A DNA stretch of 64,000 nucleotides from an uncultured Solirubrobacterales bacterium. GTDB taxonomy: Bacteria; Actinomycetota; Thermoleophilia; Solirubrobacterales; 70-9. This document shows, in pieces, positions 9,427-25,801 of this stretch (position 1 is the first letter of the stretch; each line of letters starts with the position of its first letter). The position numbers and the translations under genes were made by a program. The stretch lies in assembly GCA_963812145.1 (NCBI GenBank), contig CAWEUG010000004.1, forward strand, positions 498,495 through 562,494, written 5' to 3'. Under the pieces are notes generated by a model. The model made no database searches and was not told the origin of the DNA. It worked only from the letters and a program-made list of their open reading frames with translations.

Positions 9427-9551
9427 CGTTTCACCGCCGCATCGAGTCAATCGGGCGAATTACCGCAGCCGCCTAGCGGCTGGCGCGGCTTCGTGCCGCG
9501 CAGGCAGGCCCCCGTGGCCTCTCCCCGAACTTCAGACTCGAAAGGCAGCAG

Positions 9552-11101
<1,550 letters not shown>

Positions 11102-11105
<4 letters not shown>

Positions 11106-12229
11106 GTGGACCGGAGGCGATCCCGCTCGCGCAGCCGGAGATCGGCGCCCGCGAGGAGGAGCTGACGCTCGAGGTCCTGCGCTCGAAGCAGCTCTCGCTG
11201 GGCCCGATGGGAGTCCGCTTCGAGCGCGAGCTGGCGGGCTGGCTCGGGGTCGGGGACGCGGTCTCGGTCTCCAGCGGCACCACCGCCCTGCACCTCGGCG
11301 TGCGGGCGCTCGGCTGGGGCCCCGGCGACGAGGTCCTGACTAGCCCCTTCAGCTTCGTCGCCTCGGCCAACTGCCTGCTCTACGAGGGCGCCAAGCCGGT
11401 CTTCTGCGACGTCGACCCGGTGACCCTGAACCTCGACCCGGCGGCTGTCGAGGCAGCCGTAGGAGAGCGGACCAGGGGCATCCTCCCGGTCCACATCTTC
11501 GGCTACCCGGCGGCGCTGTCGGAGCTGGAGCCGCTCGCTGCCCGGCACGGCCTTGGCATCCTCGAGGATGCCTGCGAGGCGATCGGCGCGGTCGATTCCG
11601 AGGGCTGCAGGGTCGGCACTCGCGGCAACCTCGCCACCTTCGCCTTCTACCCCAACAAGCAGATGACCACGGGAGAGGGGGGGATGATCGTTCCCGCCAG
11701 CCCGGAGACCGCGGCGCGCCTGCGCGCCGAGCGCAACCAGGGCCGCGCCGCCGACATGGGCTGGCTCGACCATGGCGGCCTCGGCTTCAACTACCGCCTC
11801 TCCGATCTCGCCGCTGCGCTCGGGGTCGCCCAGGTCGAGAAGCTCGACTCGCTGCTGGAGCGCCGCGCCGGCGTCGCCTCGCTCTATGAGCAGGGGTTGA
11901 CCGGCATCGAGGGCATCGAGGTTCCGATCGCCGGCCGCGGAGAGGAGCGCCGCAGCTGGTTCGTCTACGTCGTCCGCCTCGGCGACGGCGTCGACCGCGA
12001 CGCGACGATCGCCCGCCTGGCCGAGCGCGGCATCGCCAGCAAGGCCTACCTGCCCTGCATCCACCTCTTCCCGCATCTGCGCGAGCTCGGCTACGGCGAG
12101 GGCCGGTTCCCGGTCGCCGAAGCCGCCTCCGCCCACTCGCTGGCACTGCCCTTCTTCTCGGCGATGAGCGAGGGCCAGGTGGACCGCGTCTGCCAGGGGC
12201 TGGCCTCGGCAATACGATCCCGCCCGTGA
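11102..12229 (+). CDS. DegT/DnrJ/EryC1/StrS-family PLP aminotransferase
   Basis: The ATG overlaps the cimA stop (ATGA). Motifs SSGTTALHL and FAFYPNKQMTTGEGG (PLP lysine). Confidence 0.85.
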
Positions 12230-13617
12230 GCCGCTTCCGCAGAGATCCGGACCCCCGCTTCTGGGCGCTCAACCGCTCGCTCCCGTTCGACTGGCAGCTG
12301 GCTGCCTACGACATCGACCAGTCGCAGGCCCACGCCCGCGGCCTGCTCGGGATCGGCATCCTCGACGAGGGCGAGCTGGCCCAGATCGATGCCGGCCTGG
12401 AGCGGGTGCGCGCGCGCATGGCCGAGCACGGCTTCGCCTTCGAGGACTCCGACGAGGACATCCACATGGCGATCGAGCGCCTGCTCGGCGAGGAGATCGG
12501 ACCGCTGGCCGGCAAGCTCCACACCGGCCGCTCGCGCAACGACCAGGTCGCGACCGACGTGGCGATGGTGGTCCAGGTCCACTCGCTGCAGGCGATCGAG
12601 CTCTGTGGGGCCGCGATGGAGCAGCTGCTGGTGCTGGCCGAGACGCACAAGGACTGGCCGATGCCCGGCTACACCCATCTGCAGCGCGCCCAGCCGGTCT
12701 ACCTCGGCCACCACCTGCTCGCCTACTTCTGGATGCTCGCCCGCGACGTCCTCCGCTTCCAGTTCGCGCTCGACAGCGCCGGGGTGATGCCGCTCGGCTC
12801 CGGTGCCCTGGCCGGGGTCAACTGGGAGATCGATCGCGACGCGGTCGCTGCCGACCTCGGTTTCGAGCACGTCAGCCACAACTCGATCGACGGCGCCTCC
12901 AACCGCGACTTCGTGCTCGACTACCTGGCCGCCGCCTCGACCTGCTCGATGCACCTCTCGCGGCTCGGCTCCGAACTGGTCATCTGGTCCAGCACCGAGT
13001 TTGGCTTCTGTCAGCTCGACGAGACCTTCTCCTCCGGCTCCTCGATCATGCCGCAGAAGCTCAACCCCGACTCGGCCGAGCTTCTACGGGCCAAGAGCCC
13101 CCGCGTTGTCGCCAGCTACGCGACCCTGCTCGGCGTCATGCACGCGCTGCCGCTGACCTACGGCAAGGACATGCAGGAGGACAAGGAGCCGCTCTTCGAC
13201 GCCGTCGAAACGATCGAGCTCTGCCTCGACGCGACCGCGGGGATGCTGGCGGGGATCGAGTTCGACCGCGAGCGCATGGAGGACGCCTCCGGCGACGAGA
13301 TGCTGGCCGCGACCGAGGTCGCCGACCTGCTGGTCCGCAAGGGGGTTCCCTTTCGCGAAGCGCACGGCGTCGTCGGTGGCCTGGTCCGCGAGGCGGTCGA
13401 GCGCGGCAGCGCCCTCTCGGACTTCACGCCGGAGGAGCTGAAGGCTCACTCCGAGCACCTCGACGACTCCTACTACGAGGTGCTGCGGCGCAGCAGCTGG
13501 CTGGAGTCGAAGCGGATCGCCGGCGGCACCGGCTCGGTTCCCCTGGCCGCGCAGATCGGCGAGGCCCGCGAGACGCTCGCCGCCGTCCAGGCCCGGGTCC
13601 TCGACGAGCGCTCTTGA
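12226..13617 (+). CDS. argH: argininosuccinate lyase
   Basis: 463 aa. Motifs [13 protein letters not shown] and [16 protein letters not shown] (fumarate-lyase signature). The GTG start overlaps the upstream stop. Confidence 0.93.
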   Translation: MSRFRRDPDPRFWALNRSLPFDWQLAAYDIDQSQAHARGLLGIGILDEGELAQIDAGLERVRARMAEHGFAFEDSDEDIHMAIERLLGEEIGPLAGKLHTGRSRNDQVATDVAMVVQVHSLQAIELCGAAMEQLLVLAETHKDWPMPGYTHLQRAQPVYLGHHLLAYFWMLARDVLRFQFALDSAGVMPLGSGALAGVNWEIDRDAVAADLGFEHVSHNSIDGASNRDFVLDYLAAASTCSMHLSRLGSELVIWSSTEFGFCQLDETFSSGSSIMPQKLNPDSAELLRAKSPRVVASYATLLGVMHALPLTYGKDMQEDKEPLFDAVETIELCLDATAGMLAGIEFDRERMEDASGDEMLAATEVADLLVRKGVPFREAHGVVGGLVREAVERGSALSDFTPEELKAHSEHLDDSYYEVLRRSSWLESKRIAGGTGSVPLAAQIGEARETLAAVQARVLDERS

Positions 13618-14225
13618 CGGCCGACGGGCCGCAAGCGTCCAGATGGCGGACGCCTCAGGCCCATCGCCTGGATCGAGGGTTCTTCGATCGCTCAGTGCAC
13701 GACGTCGCCCATGACCTCGTCGGCTGCCGGCTCTTCTTCGACGGCGTCGGCGGCACGATCGTCGAGACCGAGAGCTACGAGCGCGACGACCCCGCCTGCC
13801 ACGCCTACGTCGGCCTCACCGATCGCACCGAGGTTCTCTTCGGTCCGCCCGGCTTGGCCTACGTCTACCTCTCCTATGGCATCCACAGCCTGCTCAACTT
13901 CGTCGCCGAACCCGAGGGCGAGGCGGCGGCGGTGCTGATCCGGGCGCTGGAGCCGACGGCCGGCCTGGAGGCGATGCGCGCCCGCCGCGGCGACCGGCCC
14001 GAGGGCGAGCTCTGCTCGGGGCCGGGCAAGCTGACCGAGGCGCTCGGCATCGGCCTCGAGCGCAACGGCGCCGACCTCGGCCGCGACCCCTTTCTGTTGT
14101 TGGGGCCCGAGGGCCCGGCACCGGCGGTCGTCACCGGCCCACGGATCGGCATCACCAAAGCCGTGGACCGCCCCTGGCGCTTCTGCGCCGCCGGCAGCCC
14201 CTTCGTCTCCCGTCCGCGTCCCTAA
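13614..14225 (+). CDS. DNA-3-methyladenine glycosylase (Mpg/AAG family)
   Basis: FFDRSVHDVAHDLVGCRL..IVETESYERDDPACHAY..GLAYVYLSYGIHSLLN..GPGKLTEALGI. The start is probably TTG 13614, overlapping the argH stop. Confidence 0.85.
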   Translation: MTADGPQASRWRTPQAHRLDRGFFDRSVHDVAHDLVGCRLFFDGVGGTIVETESYERDDPACHAYVGLTDRTEVLFGPPGLAYVYLSYGIHSLLNFVAEPEGEAAAVLIRALEPTAGLEAMRARRGDRPEGELCSGPGKLTEALGIGLERNGADLGRDPFLLLGPEGPAPAVVTGPRIGITKAVDRPWRFCAAGSPFVSRPRP

Positions 14226-16471
14226 CCGGCGGTTACGCCGCCACCGCCGCCACCGGATTCGGGGGCTGCTTCTGGTGCTTCGGGAGCCGCTTCAGGGGTG
14301 GCTTCGGCTTCGGGCGCCGCTTCCACTTCCGGAACAGCTTCGACTTCTTCTTCGGGGGCCGCTTCGGTTTCCACCGGCGGCACGTAGGTCTCGCTTTCAT
14401 CGGAGTCGCCGTCGTCCGATCCGCGGTCGTCCTCTCGGGCCTTCTTCTCGGCGACGTGGTTGGCCTTGATCTCCTCCCAGGCGGAGATCACGCTGGCCCA
14501 GATCAGTGCCGGGAAGGTGCCGCCCATGACCGGGCCGCCGTTGTAGAGGGTGGTCATCGGCGTCGTCGAGTCGGGATAGCCGACCCAGACGCAGGCGGTC
14601 ACTTCGTCGCTCACGCCCCCGCAGAACCAGGCGTCGCCGTTGTTCTCCGTCGTCCCGGTCTTGCCCCACTGCCCTTCGGCGCCGATCTGGGCGTTGGTGC
14701 CGGTGCCGCCGGAGACGACCGTTTCGAGGATGCTCTTGGCGGTTTCCGCGGTCCCCTCGTCGATCACCTGCTCGTGGGTGGAGTCGTTGTCGCCGCCCTT
14801 GATCGTCTTGTCGTCCTTGTCGGTGACCTGGGTGTAGGAGACCGGGCTGTCGCCGGGCCGGGGGGCGAGGGTGCCGCTGACGCGGTCGCCGTCGTTGCCG
14901 AGCGTGCTGTAGGCGTAGGTCCAGCCGACCGGGGTGACCCCGATTTCGAGCCCGCCGAGGACCATCGCCGGGTTGGTCGAGATCGGGTCGGCGTAGCCCA
15001 TCTTGTGGATCGTGCCGGCGATCGCGCTGGTGCGGTCGTGGACGTTCTTCCCCTCCAGGCCTTCGAGCGCGAGCGCGGCGTAGATCGAGTTGTCGGAGTA
15101 GGTCGTCGCGCAGGTGATCGAGCAGGAGCCGAGGTAGGCGTCCTCGTCGTTGCTGACTTCGAATTCTTCGTTGCCCTTCTTGCCGAAGTAGAAGGTCCGC
15201 TGTTCGGAGGGGTAGACCGTTTCCGGCGAGATCCCCTGTTCGAGGGCGGTCAGCAGCGTGAAGGGCTTGATCGAGGAGCCGGGCTGGCGGTGGCCCTGGG
15301 TGGCGAGGTTGAAGGGCGCGGTGTCGAAGTCGGGACCGCCGACCATCGCCTTGATGCCGGCGTTGTGGTTGTCGATCACGACCACCGAGGCGGTGGCCGG
15401 CGAGTAGCCGAGGTAGGAGTTGACGGCTTCCTGAGCCGCTTCCTGCAGGCCCAGATCGAGCGTCGACTTGACTTTGAGGCCGCCGAAGAAGGCTTTCGAG
15501 GCGCCATAGCGTTCGACCAGCTGCTGGCGCAGGTAGGCGGTGAAGTAAGGCGCCTTGGAATCGAGCGTCGGCGGTTCGATGTCGCTGGGCGAGGGCAGCG
15601 CCTGCTTGCTGCCTTCGACGAACTGCTCGTGCGAGATGTAGCCCTGTTCGTACATGTTTCCCAGCACGAGGTTGCGTCGGCCGAGCGCGTTTTCGGGATA
15701 GATCTTGGGGTCGTAGGCCGAAGGCGAGGCGATGATCGCCGCCAGCGTCGCCGCCTCCCAGGGCTCCAGGACCGAGGCGCAGGGCTCGGTCGAGCTGCCG
15801 CAGCCGGGGTGGGCGTCGCCGAAGTAGGTGCGGGCGGCGGCCTCGATCCCGTAGGCGCCCTCGCCGAAGTAGATCGTGTTCAGGTACTGGGTGAGGATCT
15901 TGTCCTTGCTCCAGTGGCGCTCGAGCCGGTAGGCGAGGGCAGCCTCCTTGAACTTGACGAAGAGGGTGCGGGTGTCCTGGGCTTCGAGGGCGTTCTTGAC
16001 GAACTGCTCGGTGATCGTCGAGGCGCCCTGGGCGGCGCTCTGGCTGAGGATGTCTTTGACCAGGGCACGCCCGATGCCCTCGAAGTCGACGCCGCTGTGC
16101 TCGTAGAAGCGCGAGTCCTCGACCGAGACCACGGCGTTCTTGATGTTGGGGGAGATCTGCCCGGAGCTGAGCAGGATCTTGTTCTGGTCGCTGGTCAGGG
16201 TGCCGATCGGCTCGCCGGTGGCGTCGTAGACCTCGCTGTTCTTCGAGGCCTTGTACTGGGCGAAGTTGTAGATCGCGGGCAGGTCCTGGGAGACCGCCGC
16301 CATCATCCCGAAGACCATCGAGACCATCGCCAGGATCGCCAGCCCGAGCAGGACGAAGAGCACGCGCAGCTTCTTCAGCCGTGGCTTCGCAGGCTTGGTC
16401 GGGGGGGCCGGTGAAGCGGGCGGAACTTCGCCGCCACGCCGCCGGCGCTTTATTCCTAGGGCCGCCATCAA
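14222..16471 (-). CDS. class A penicillin-binding protein (glycosyltransferase + transpeptidase) with acidic PE-rich C-terminal tail
   Basis: 749 aa. N-terminal TM; GT51 motifs EDSRFYEHSGVD and GASTITEQ; transpeptidase SSIKP and KTGTT. Confidence 0.9.
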   Translation of the reverse strand: MMAALGIKRRRRGGEVPPASPAPPTKPAKPRLKKLRVLFVLLGLAILAMVSMVFGMMAAVSQDLPAIYNFAQYKASKNSEVYDATGEPIGTLTSDQNKILLSSGQISPNIKNAVVSVEDSRFYEHSGVDFEGIGRALVKDILSQSAAQGASTITEQFVKNALEAQDTRTLFVKFKEAALAYRLERHWSKDKILTQYLNTIYFGEGAYGIEAAARTYFGDAHPGCGSSTEPCASVLEPWEAATLAAIIASPSAYDPKIYPENALGRRNLVLGNMYEQGYISHEQFVEGSKQALPSPSDIEPPTLDSKAPYFTAYLRQQLVERYGASKAFFGGLKVKSTLDLGLQEAAQEAVNSYLGYSPATASVVVIDNHNAGIKAMVGGPDFDTAPFNLATQGHRQPGSSIKPFTLLTALEQGISPETVYPSEQRTFYFGKKGNEEFEVSNDEDAYLGSCSITCATTYSDNSIYAALALEGLEGKNVHDRTSAIAGTIHKMGYADPISTNPAMVLGGLEIGVTPVGWTYAYSTLGNDGDRVSGTLAPRPGDSPVSYTQVTDKDDKTIKGGDNDSTHEQVIDEGTAETAKSILETVVSGGTGTNAQIGAEGQWGKTGTTENNGDAWFCGGVSDEVTACVWVGYPDSTTPMTTLYNGGPVMGGTFPALIWASVISAWEEIKANHVAEKKAREDDRGSDDGDSDESETYVPPVETEAAPEEEVEAVPEVEAAPEAEATPEAAPEAPEAAPESGGGGGGVTAG

Positions 16472-16488
16472 AGAGGTGAGGGCTCGGC

Positions 16489-17697
16489 GTGGCTCAACTC
16501 GCCGAGCGGAGGCGGCAGTCTAGCATTCGCGAAATGGCGGATTTGACGCGCAACGCGGTCGACGTGCTGCCGGAGGGGCGGCTCGCCGAGCAGCTCGCCG
16601 GGGCCGATCCGCTGCGCGTCAAGCTGGGAATCGACCCGACCACCGCCGATATCCACCTCGGCCACACGGTGGTGCTGAAGAAGCTGCGCGAGTTCCAGGA
16701 TGCCGGGCACACGGTCGTCCTCATCATCGGCGACTTCACCGCCCGGGTCGGCGATCCGAGCGGCCGCTCGAGCACGCGGCCGCTGCCCTCGCCGGAGGAG
16801 ATCGAGGCCAACGCGGCCACCTACCAGGAGCAGGCCTTCAAGCTGCTCGACCGCGAGCGGACCGAGGTCCGCTTCAACAGCGAGTGGCTGAGGATGGAGC
16901 CCGAGGCCCTGCTGGGGCTGCTCGCGCAGACGACCGTGGCCCGCCTGCTCGAGCGCGACGACTTCCAGAAGCGGCTCGCCGCGGCAGCGCCGATCGCGGC
17001 CCTGGAGCTGCTCTACCCGCTGCTACAGGGCTATGACTCGGTCGCGGTCGAGGCCGACCTCGAGCTCGGCGGCACCGACCAGAAGTTCAACCTGCTCTTC
17101 GGACGCGACATCCAGGCCGCCTATGGAAAGTCGCCGCAGTCGATCCTGACGATGCCGATCCTGGTCGGGACCGACGGCGTCAAGAAGATGAGCAAGTCAC
17201 TCGGCAACTACGTCGGCGTCACCGAGGCGCCGGAGGAGATGTTCGGGAAGCTGATGAGCATTCCCGACGAGGCGATGGCCGAGTACTACCGGCTGCTGCT
17301 CGGCTCCGAGCTGCCCGGCGGCCCAGCCAACAAGGCCAAGCGCGAGCTGGGGCGGCGGATCGTCGACCGCTTTCACGGCGAGGGAGCGGGGGCCGGGGCG
17401 GAGGAGCATTTCAACCGCGTCATCCGCGACCACGGCGTGCCGGAGGAGATCCCCACCTGGGACATCGACCCAGCCGCCGGCAGTGAGCCCGAGCAGATCC
17501 TGCTGCCACGGCTGATCGGGAGCGGCTTCGACTTCAGCTCCAGCGAGGCCCGGCGCCTGATCAAGCAGGGAGGGGTGAAGCTCGACGGCGAGACGATCGC
17601 GCCCGATATCCTCGAGCTGCCGCGTGAGGCGCTTGCCGGCAGGGTTCTGCAGGTCGGGAAGCGGCGCTTCCTCAGCCTCTTCGATAGCGCCGCCTGA
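16489..17697 (+). CDS. tyrS: tyrosine--tRNA ligase
   Basis: HIGH motif (DIHLGH), KMSKS motif, and a C-terminal S4-like domain. The alternative start ATG 16534 is equally plausible. Confidence 0.9.
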   Translation: MAQLAERRRQSSIREMADLTRNAVDVLPEGRLAEQLAGADPLRVKLGIDPTTADIHLGHTVVLKKLREFQDAGHTVVLIIGDFTARVGDPSGRSSTRPLPSPEEIEANAATYQEQAFKLLDRERTEVRFNSEWLRMEPEALLGLLAQTTVARLLERDDFQKRLAAAAPIAALELLYPLLQGYDSVAVEADLELGGTDQKFNLLFGRDIQAAYGKSPQSILTMPILVGTDGVKKMSKSLGNYVGVTEAPEEMFGKLMSIPDEAMAEYYRLLLGSELPGGPANKAKRELGRRIVDRFHGEGAGAGAEEHFNRVIRDHGVPEEIPTWDIDPAAGSEPEQILLPRLIGSGFDFSSSEARRLIKQGGVKLDGETIAPDILELPREALAGRVLQVGKRRFLSLFDSAA

Positions 17698-17714
17698 GCC
17701 TCGCCGCCAGGCAC

Positions 17715-17743
17715 TAGGCAAACGTCCGCCGGAGCGCTATACT
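17715..17743 (+). promoter_or_regulatory. candidate rrn promoter (TAGGCA -17 nt- TATACT)
   Basis: Hexamers at 17715-17720 and 17738-17743 with a 17-nt spacer, about 250 nt upstream of mature 16S. Based on sequence match only. Confidence 0.35.
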
Positions 17744-17992
17744 CCCGCGTCCTTCTGGGGCTGCCTTGTGCGGCTCCATGCGTGAAGAGCGTCGAGTCCC
17801 GGCGTAGAGGCGCAACGGTCTTTGAAAACTGAGCAGCGTGCACTCCGTAGACCCATCAACCGGTCTGCGGAATGTTTGAGCCCGATCCATCCGGCGCGCC
17901 AGCGCACCGGATGGTCTGATTTACCCGTCATGCCGGTCGCCGAGTTTGTGTACCCGGTGGCCAGCCAGGCATGGCAGCTCTTTGTGAGTACC

Positions 17993-19538
<1,546 letters not shown>

Positions 19539-19731
19539 CTAGGGAGATTTCTCTAGAACGTCGACCGGGCTCCCCGCTGGCACTTAGTGCCGGTGGGAAC
19601 GCTGCTCAGTTTTGAGAGACCACCACGGAAGAACTCCGTGGTGTGCCTCGGTGGACCTTGAAAACTGCACAAGGCAAAGATGGGTAATTTAATTTCGGCC
19701 TGTACACCTCGTGTGTATGGGCTGTATCACC

Positions 19732-22730
<2,999 letters not shown>

Positions 22731-22798
22731 ATATTTCGATTATTTACTCTGAAGGCCTTGTGCAGTTTTCAAGCTCCACCGGGGCGGTCTCGCAAAAT

Positions 22799-22915
22799 TC
22801 CGGTGGCGCATGGCGAGTGGGAAACACCTCTTCCCATTCCGAACAGAGCAGTTAAGCCACTCTGCGCCGATGGTACTTGGGGGGCAACCCCCTGGGAGAG
22901 TAGGTCGCCGCCGGT
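22799..22915 (+). rRNA. rrf: 5S ribosomal RNA
   Basis: Helix I pairs ccggtggcg with cgccgccgg. Conserved ccgaac..agttaag..cgccgatggtac..gggagagtagg. Confidence 0.92.
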
Positions 22916-22927
22916 TCTTTTTTATGA

Positions 22928-22955
22928 GGTCCGCGACGGGGTGTGTCGCGGGGCC
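22928..22955 (+). terminator. stem-loop following 5S (ccgcgac-ggggtgt-gtcgcgg)
   Basis: 7-bp GC stem at 22931-22951. The T-run (22916-22923) precedes the stem rather than following it, so a role as the rrn terminator is uncertain. Confidence 0.3.
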
Positions 22956-23126
22956 TGACGCCCGATAAGCCGCGCGGGAAGCCACCCGCCCGCGGCTTGC
23001 GTGGCGCTGCCACGCGGCGCCACGTGCGTGCGTCTTCTCGCTTGCTTCTCGAACGTCAGGCCTCCACGCCTCACCCCGCCACGAACCTCGGGGAGGTCTT
23101 TGGAGGCCGGGGACGGAGCCTGGGCG

Positions 23127-23387
23127 CTAGGGACGGAGAAGAAAAGGGCCGTCGATTTGGTGTCGGCGTCGTGACCGCGGCTCTTCAGTTGCCAGGACCA
23201 GGGTGGGGGCGCCGGGGCGGCGTTGCCGATTGGGGGCGGGGGAGAGCGGACGGCGGTGGCGGGTTTCGCAGCTTGGGGCTGCTTTGGCGACGGGCTCGAA
23301 GCCGTACTCGCCGAGGGTCGCGAAGTCGATCAGGAGGTCGGCGGCGTCGGCCAGCCGGGTGCTTATGTTTTTGCTTGAGTCGAACAT
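23127..23387 (-). CDS. hypothetical small protein (86 aa)
   Basis: ATG 23387 gives MFDSSKNISTRLADAADLLIDFATLGEYGFEPV..., with high GC3 in the first ~35 codons. The remainder is Arg/Pro-rich, there is no clear SD, and I recognise no family. Confidence 0.25.
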   Translation of the reverse strand: MFDSSKNISTRLADAADLLIDFATLGEYGFEPVAKAAPSCETRHRRPLSPAPNRQRRPGAPTLVLATEEPRSRRRHQIDGPFLLRP

Positions 23388-23505
23388 AGGTTCGTAAGGT
23401 ACGGAGCCCCTCGGACGGCAAGCCGTGGCTGCAACGGGGATTGCATTTCGGTCCGCAAACCGCTCTGGCAAGCCATGGCGCTTAGGCGGGTCCCGTGCCG
23501 AAGAT

Positions 23506-24444
23506 CTAGCCGCCGGGGGGCGATTTGGCGAATCCGATGATCAGACGGGCGGTCTCGGACGGCACCTCGACGTTGGGCGAGTGGCCGGCACCGGCGAGCA
23601 GGGCGGTCTCAGTTCCCGGCGCGCCGTTCTTGTACTGGTCCAGCGCTCGCTGTGGGTCATCGACGATCTGCTCCTCGGCTCCCATGATCGCGAGCAGCGG
23701 TTTGGCGGTCCCTCGCATGCGTCGGTCGAGCGATTCCTCGCCGATGAAGTCCTCGGTCCCGGTCGGCGATTCGTCGTAGGCGGTGTAGGTCAGTCGCTTG
23801 ACGTCCTCGACGAAGCGATCGGGCACGTCGAATCCCGGCGCGAAGGCAACCGCGAGCCCGTCCTTGACGGAGAAGTCGGGCTTGATCGTCCACAGCGCCT
23901 CTCCGAGCACGGGTTGGAAGGCGAGGCCGGCGATGAAGCCGAGGTCTCCGTAAGAGTTGTCGGGAGGCATGTCGATGATCGCGACCCGGTCGACCAGTTG
24001 CGGATCCTGTTCGGCGAGAGCGACGGCGACGGCGCCTCCGAGCGAGTGCCCGACCACCTCGGCTTCGCGGACGCCCAGCTTCTCCATCGCCTCCGCCACC
24101 ACCTTCGCCTGATTCGCCGGCGTGTATCCCGAGCCCGGCTTCTCCGAGCCGCCGTGGCCGAGCAGATCGACGGCGACGACCCGGTGGTCCGCTTCCAGTC
24201 GCGGCCGCACCCCGTCCCACCAGTCGATCGCGCAGCTGAAGCAGTGGATCAGCACGATCGGGTCGCCATCGCGAGGGCCGCCTTCGACCACCTGCACTTC
24301 GCCGCCCGGGAGGTCGAGGACGCGGCCGCCGGGCATGGTCGCCGCGGCCGGCTCGGTCTTGCCGCCGACGATCAGAGCGTTGACCAGCAGCAGCGCGACC
24401 AGCGCCACGACCACTCCCCCGGCGATCTTCCAGCCTCTCCCCAT
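23506..24444 (-). CDS. alpha/beta hydrolase with N-terminal membrane anchor
   Basis: 312 aa from ATG 24444. TM segment IAGGVVVALVALLLVNALIV; nucleophile elbow GHSLGG; C-terminal GAGHSP. The track ORF 23506..25530 was trimmed to this start. Confidence 0.85.
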   Translation of the reverse strand: MGRGWKIAGGVVVALVALLLVNALIVGGKTEPAAATMPGGRVLDLPGGEVQVVEGGPRDGDPIVLIHCFSCAIDWWDGVRPRLEADHRVVAVDLLGHGGSEKPGSGYTPANQAKVVAEAMEKLGVREAEVVGHSLGGAVAVALAEQDPQLVDRVAIIDMPPDNSYGDLGFIAGLAFQPVLGEALWTIKPDFSVKDGLAVAFAPGFDVPDRFVEDVKRLTYTAYDESPTGTEDFIGEESLDRRMRGTAKPLLAIMGAEEQIVDDPQRALDQYKNGAPGTETALLAGAGHSPNVEVPSETARLIIGFAKSPPGG

Positions 24445-24469
24445 GACGGTCGTTACCCTAGCCGAGACC

Positions 24470-25765
24470 ATGGAGAAATTCGTCATCCAGGGCGGCGCTC
24501 CGCTCTCCGGGGAGCTGACCGTCGCCGGCAACAAGAACGCGGCCCTGCCGATCCTCGCTGCCTGCCTGCTGACCGAGGAGGAGCTGCTGCTGCACCGGGT
24601 GCCGCGCATCCGCGATACGGAGGCCCAGATCGCCCTGCTGGAGCAGCTCGGGGTCGAGGTCGCTTGGGTGGCCGACAACAGCGTCCGCCTCTGCGCCCGC
24701 GGCGTCACCGAGACAGCGGTCGACGAGGAGCTCTCGAGCCGGATTCGCGCCTCCTTCCTGCTCGCCGGCCCGCTGCTGGCTCGCTTCGGCGAGGCGCGTA
24801 TGCCGCCGCCGGGCGGGGACTTCATCGGCCGCCGCCGCCTCGACGCCCACCTCGACGCCTTCAAGGACCTCGGCGCCCGGGTCGACGGCAACCGCTGGAT
24901 CGAGCTGAGCGCCCCTGGTGGCCTCTGCGCCTGCGAGATCTTCATGGACGAGCCCTCGGTGATGGGGACCGAGAACGCGCTGATGGCGGCGGCGCTGACC
25001 TCCGGGGCGACGAAGATCTCCAACGCCGCCTCCGAGCCCCATGTCCAGGACCTCGCTCGGCTGCTGACCAAGATGGGTGCCCGCGTCGACGGGATCGGCT
25101 CCAACGTGATGGTCGTCAACGGCGCCGAGCACCTCAGCGGCGCCGAGCACACGATCTCGCCCGACCACATCGAGGTCGGCAGCTTCATGGCTCTCGCCGC
25201 TGCCACCGGTGGCGAGCTGCGGATCCGCGACGTCGAGGCCGCCGACCTGATGATGGTCCGCCGCCAGTTCCGCCGCCTCGGGCTGCGCTCGGACGTCGAC
25301 GGCGCCGACATGATCGTGCCGGCGGGGCAGAGCCTGCGGGTCGAATCCGACCTCGGCGACGCGATCCCGAAGATCGAGGACGGTCCCTGGCCGGCGTTCC
25401 CGGCCGATCTCACCTCGATCGCTCTGGCCCTCGCCACCCAGGCGGAGGGCGAGATCCTGATCTTCGAGAAGATGTTCGAGAACCGCCTCTTCTTCGTCGA
25501 CAAGCTGGTCGCGATGGGCGCTCGGATCACGCTGTGCGATCCCCACAGGGCGATCGTCAGCGGTCCGAGCCGGCTTCATGGCGAGCGCGTCGAGAGCCCC
25601 GACATTCGCGCCGGCATGGCGATCCTCATCGCCGCCCTGGCGGCCGACGGCACCTCCCACATCGGCAACATCCGTCAGATCGATCGTGGCTACGAGCAGA
25701 TCGACGAGCGCTTGCGCGGGCTCGGCGCCCAGATCGAGCGGGTCTCGGCAGAGGTCCCTGCTTAG
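24470..25765 (+). CDS. murA: UDP-N-acetylglucosamine 1-carboxyvinyltransferase
   Basis: MEKFVIQGGAPLSGELTVAGNKNAALPILAACLL; EPSP-synthase fold throughout. Confidence 0.95.
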   Translation: MEKFVIQGGAPLSGELTVAGNKNAALPILAACLLTEEELLLHRVPRIRDTEAQIALLEQLGVEVAWVADNSVRLCARGVTETAVDEELSSRIRASFLLAGPLLARFGEARMPPPGGDFIGRRRLDAHLDAFKDLGARVDGNRWIELSAPGGLCACEIFMDEPSVMGTENALMAAALTSGATKISNAASEPHVQDLARLLTKMGARVDGIGSNVMVVNGAEHLSGAEHTISPDHIEVGSFMALAAATGGELRIRDVEAADLMMVRRQFRRLGLRSDVDGADMIVPAGQSLRVESDLGDAIPKIEDGPWPAFPADLTSIALALATQAEGEILIFEKMFENRLFFVDKLVAMGARITLCDPHRAIVSGPSRLHGERVESPDIRAGMAILIAALAADGTSHIGNIRQIDRGYEQIDERLRGLGAQIERVSAEVPA

Positions 25766-25801
25766 CAGGGCTTTTCGACCCTCTCTCGTAAGGTCAGTCC
25801 G

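Noticed and set aside
9422-9475. Mini-ORF (VTFHRRIESIGRITAAA*) followed by two hairpins (cagccgc-cta-gcggctg and gcgcggc-ttcgt-gccgcgc) between ilvE and cimA, considered as an Ile attenuator
   Set aside because: It has only three scattered Ile codons and no consecutive run. It has a GTG start embedded in the ilvE stop and no U tract after the hairpins. The evidence is too weak to call a leader peptide, although the two hairpins themselves are real.
14456-16414. 652-aa plus-strand ORF opposite the PBP gene; likewise 36252..38186 (-), 40938..42350 (-), 52704..54185 (-) and 44739..46121 (-)
   Set aside because: Each lies antisense to a gene with strong family motifs. Their sequences are low-complexity and show no motifs.
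19539-19731. Possible tRNA genes (Ile/Ala) in the 16S-23S spacer
   Set aside because: The spacer is only about 190 nt and lacks a T-loop (GTTCGAATC-like) or a cloverleaf-compatible sequence. It contains processing stems and a 9-bp hairpin instead.
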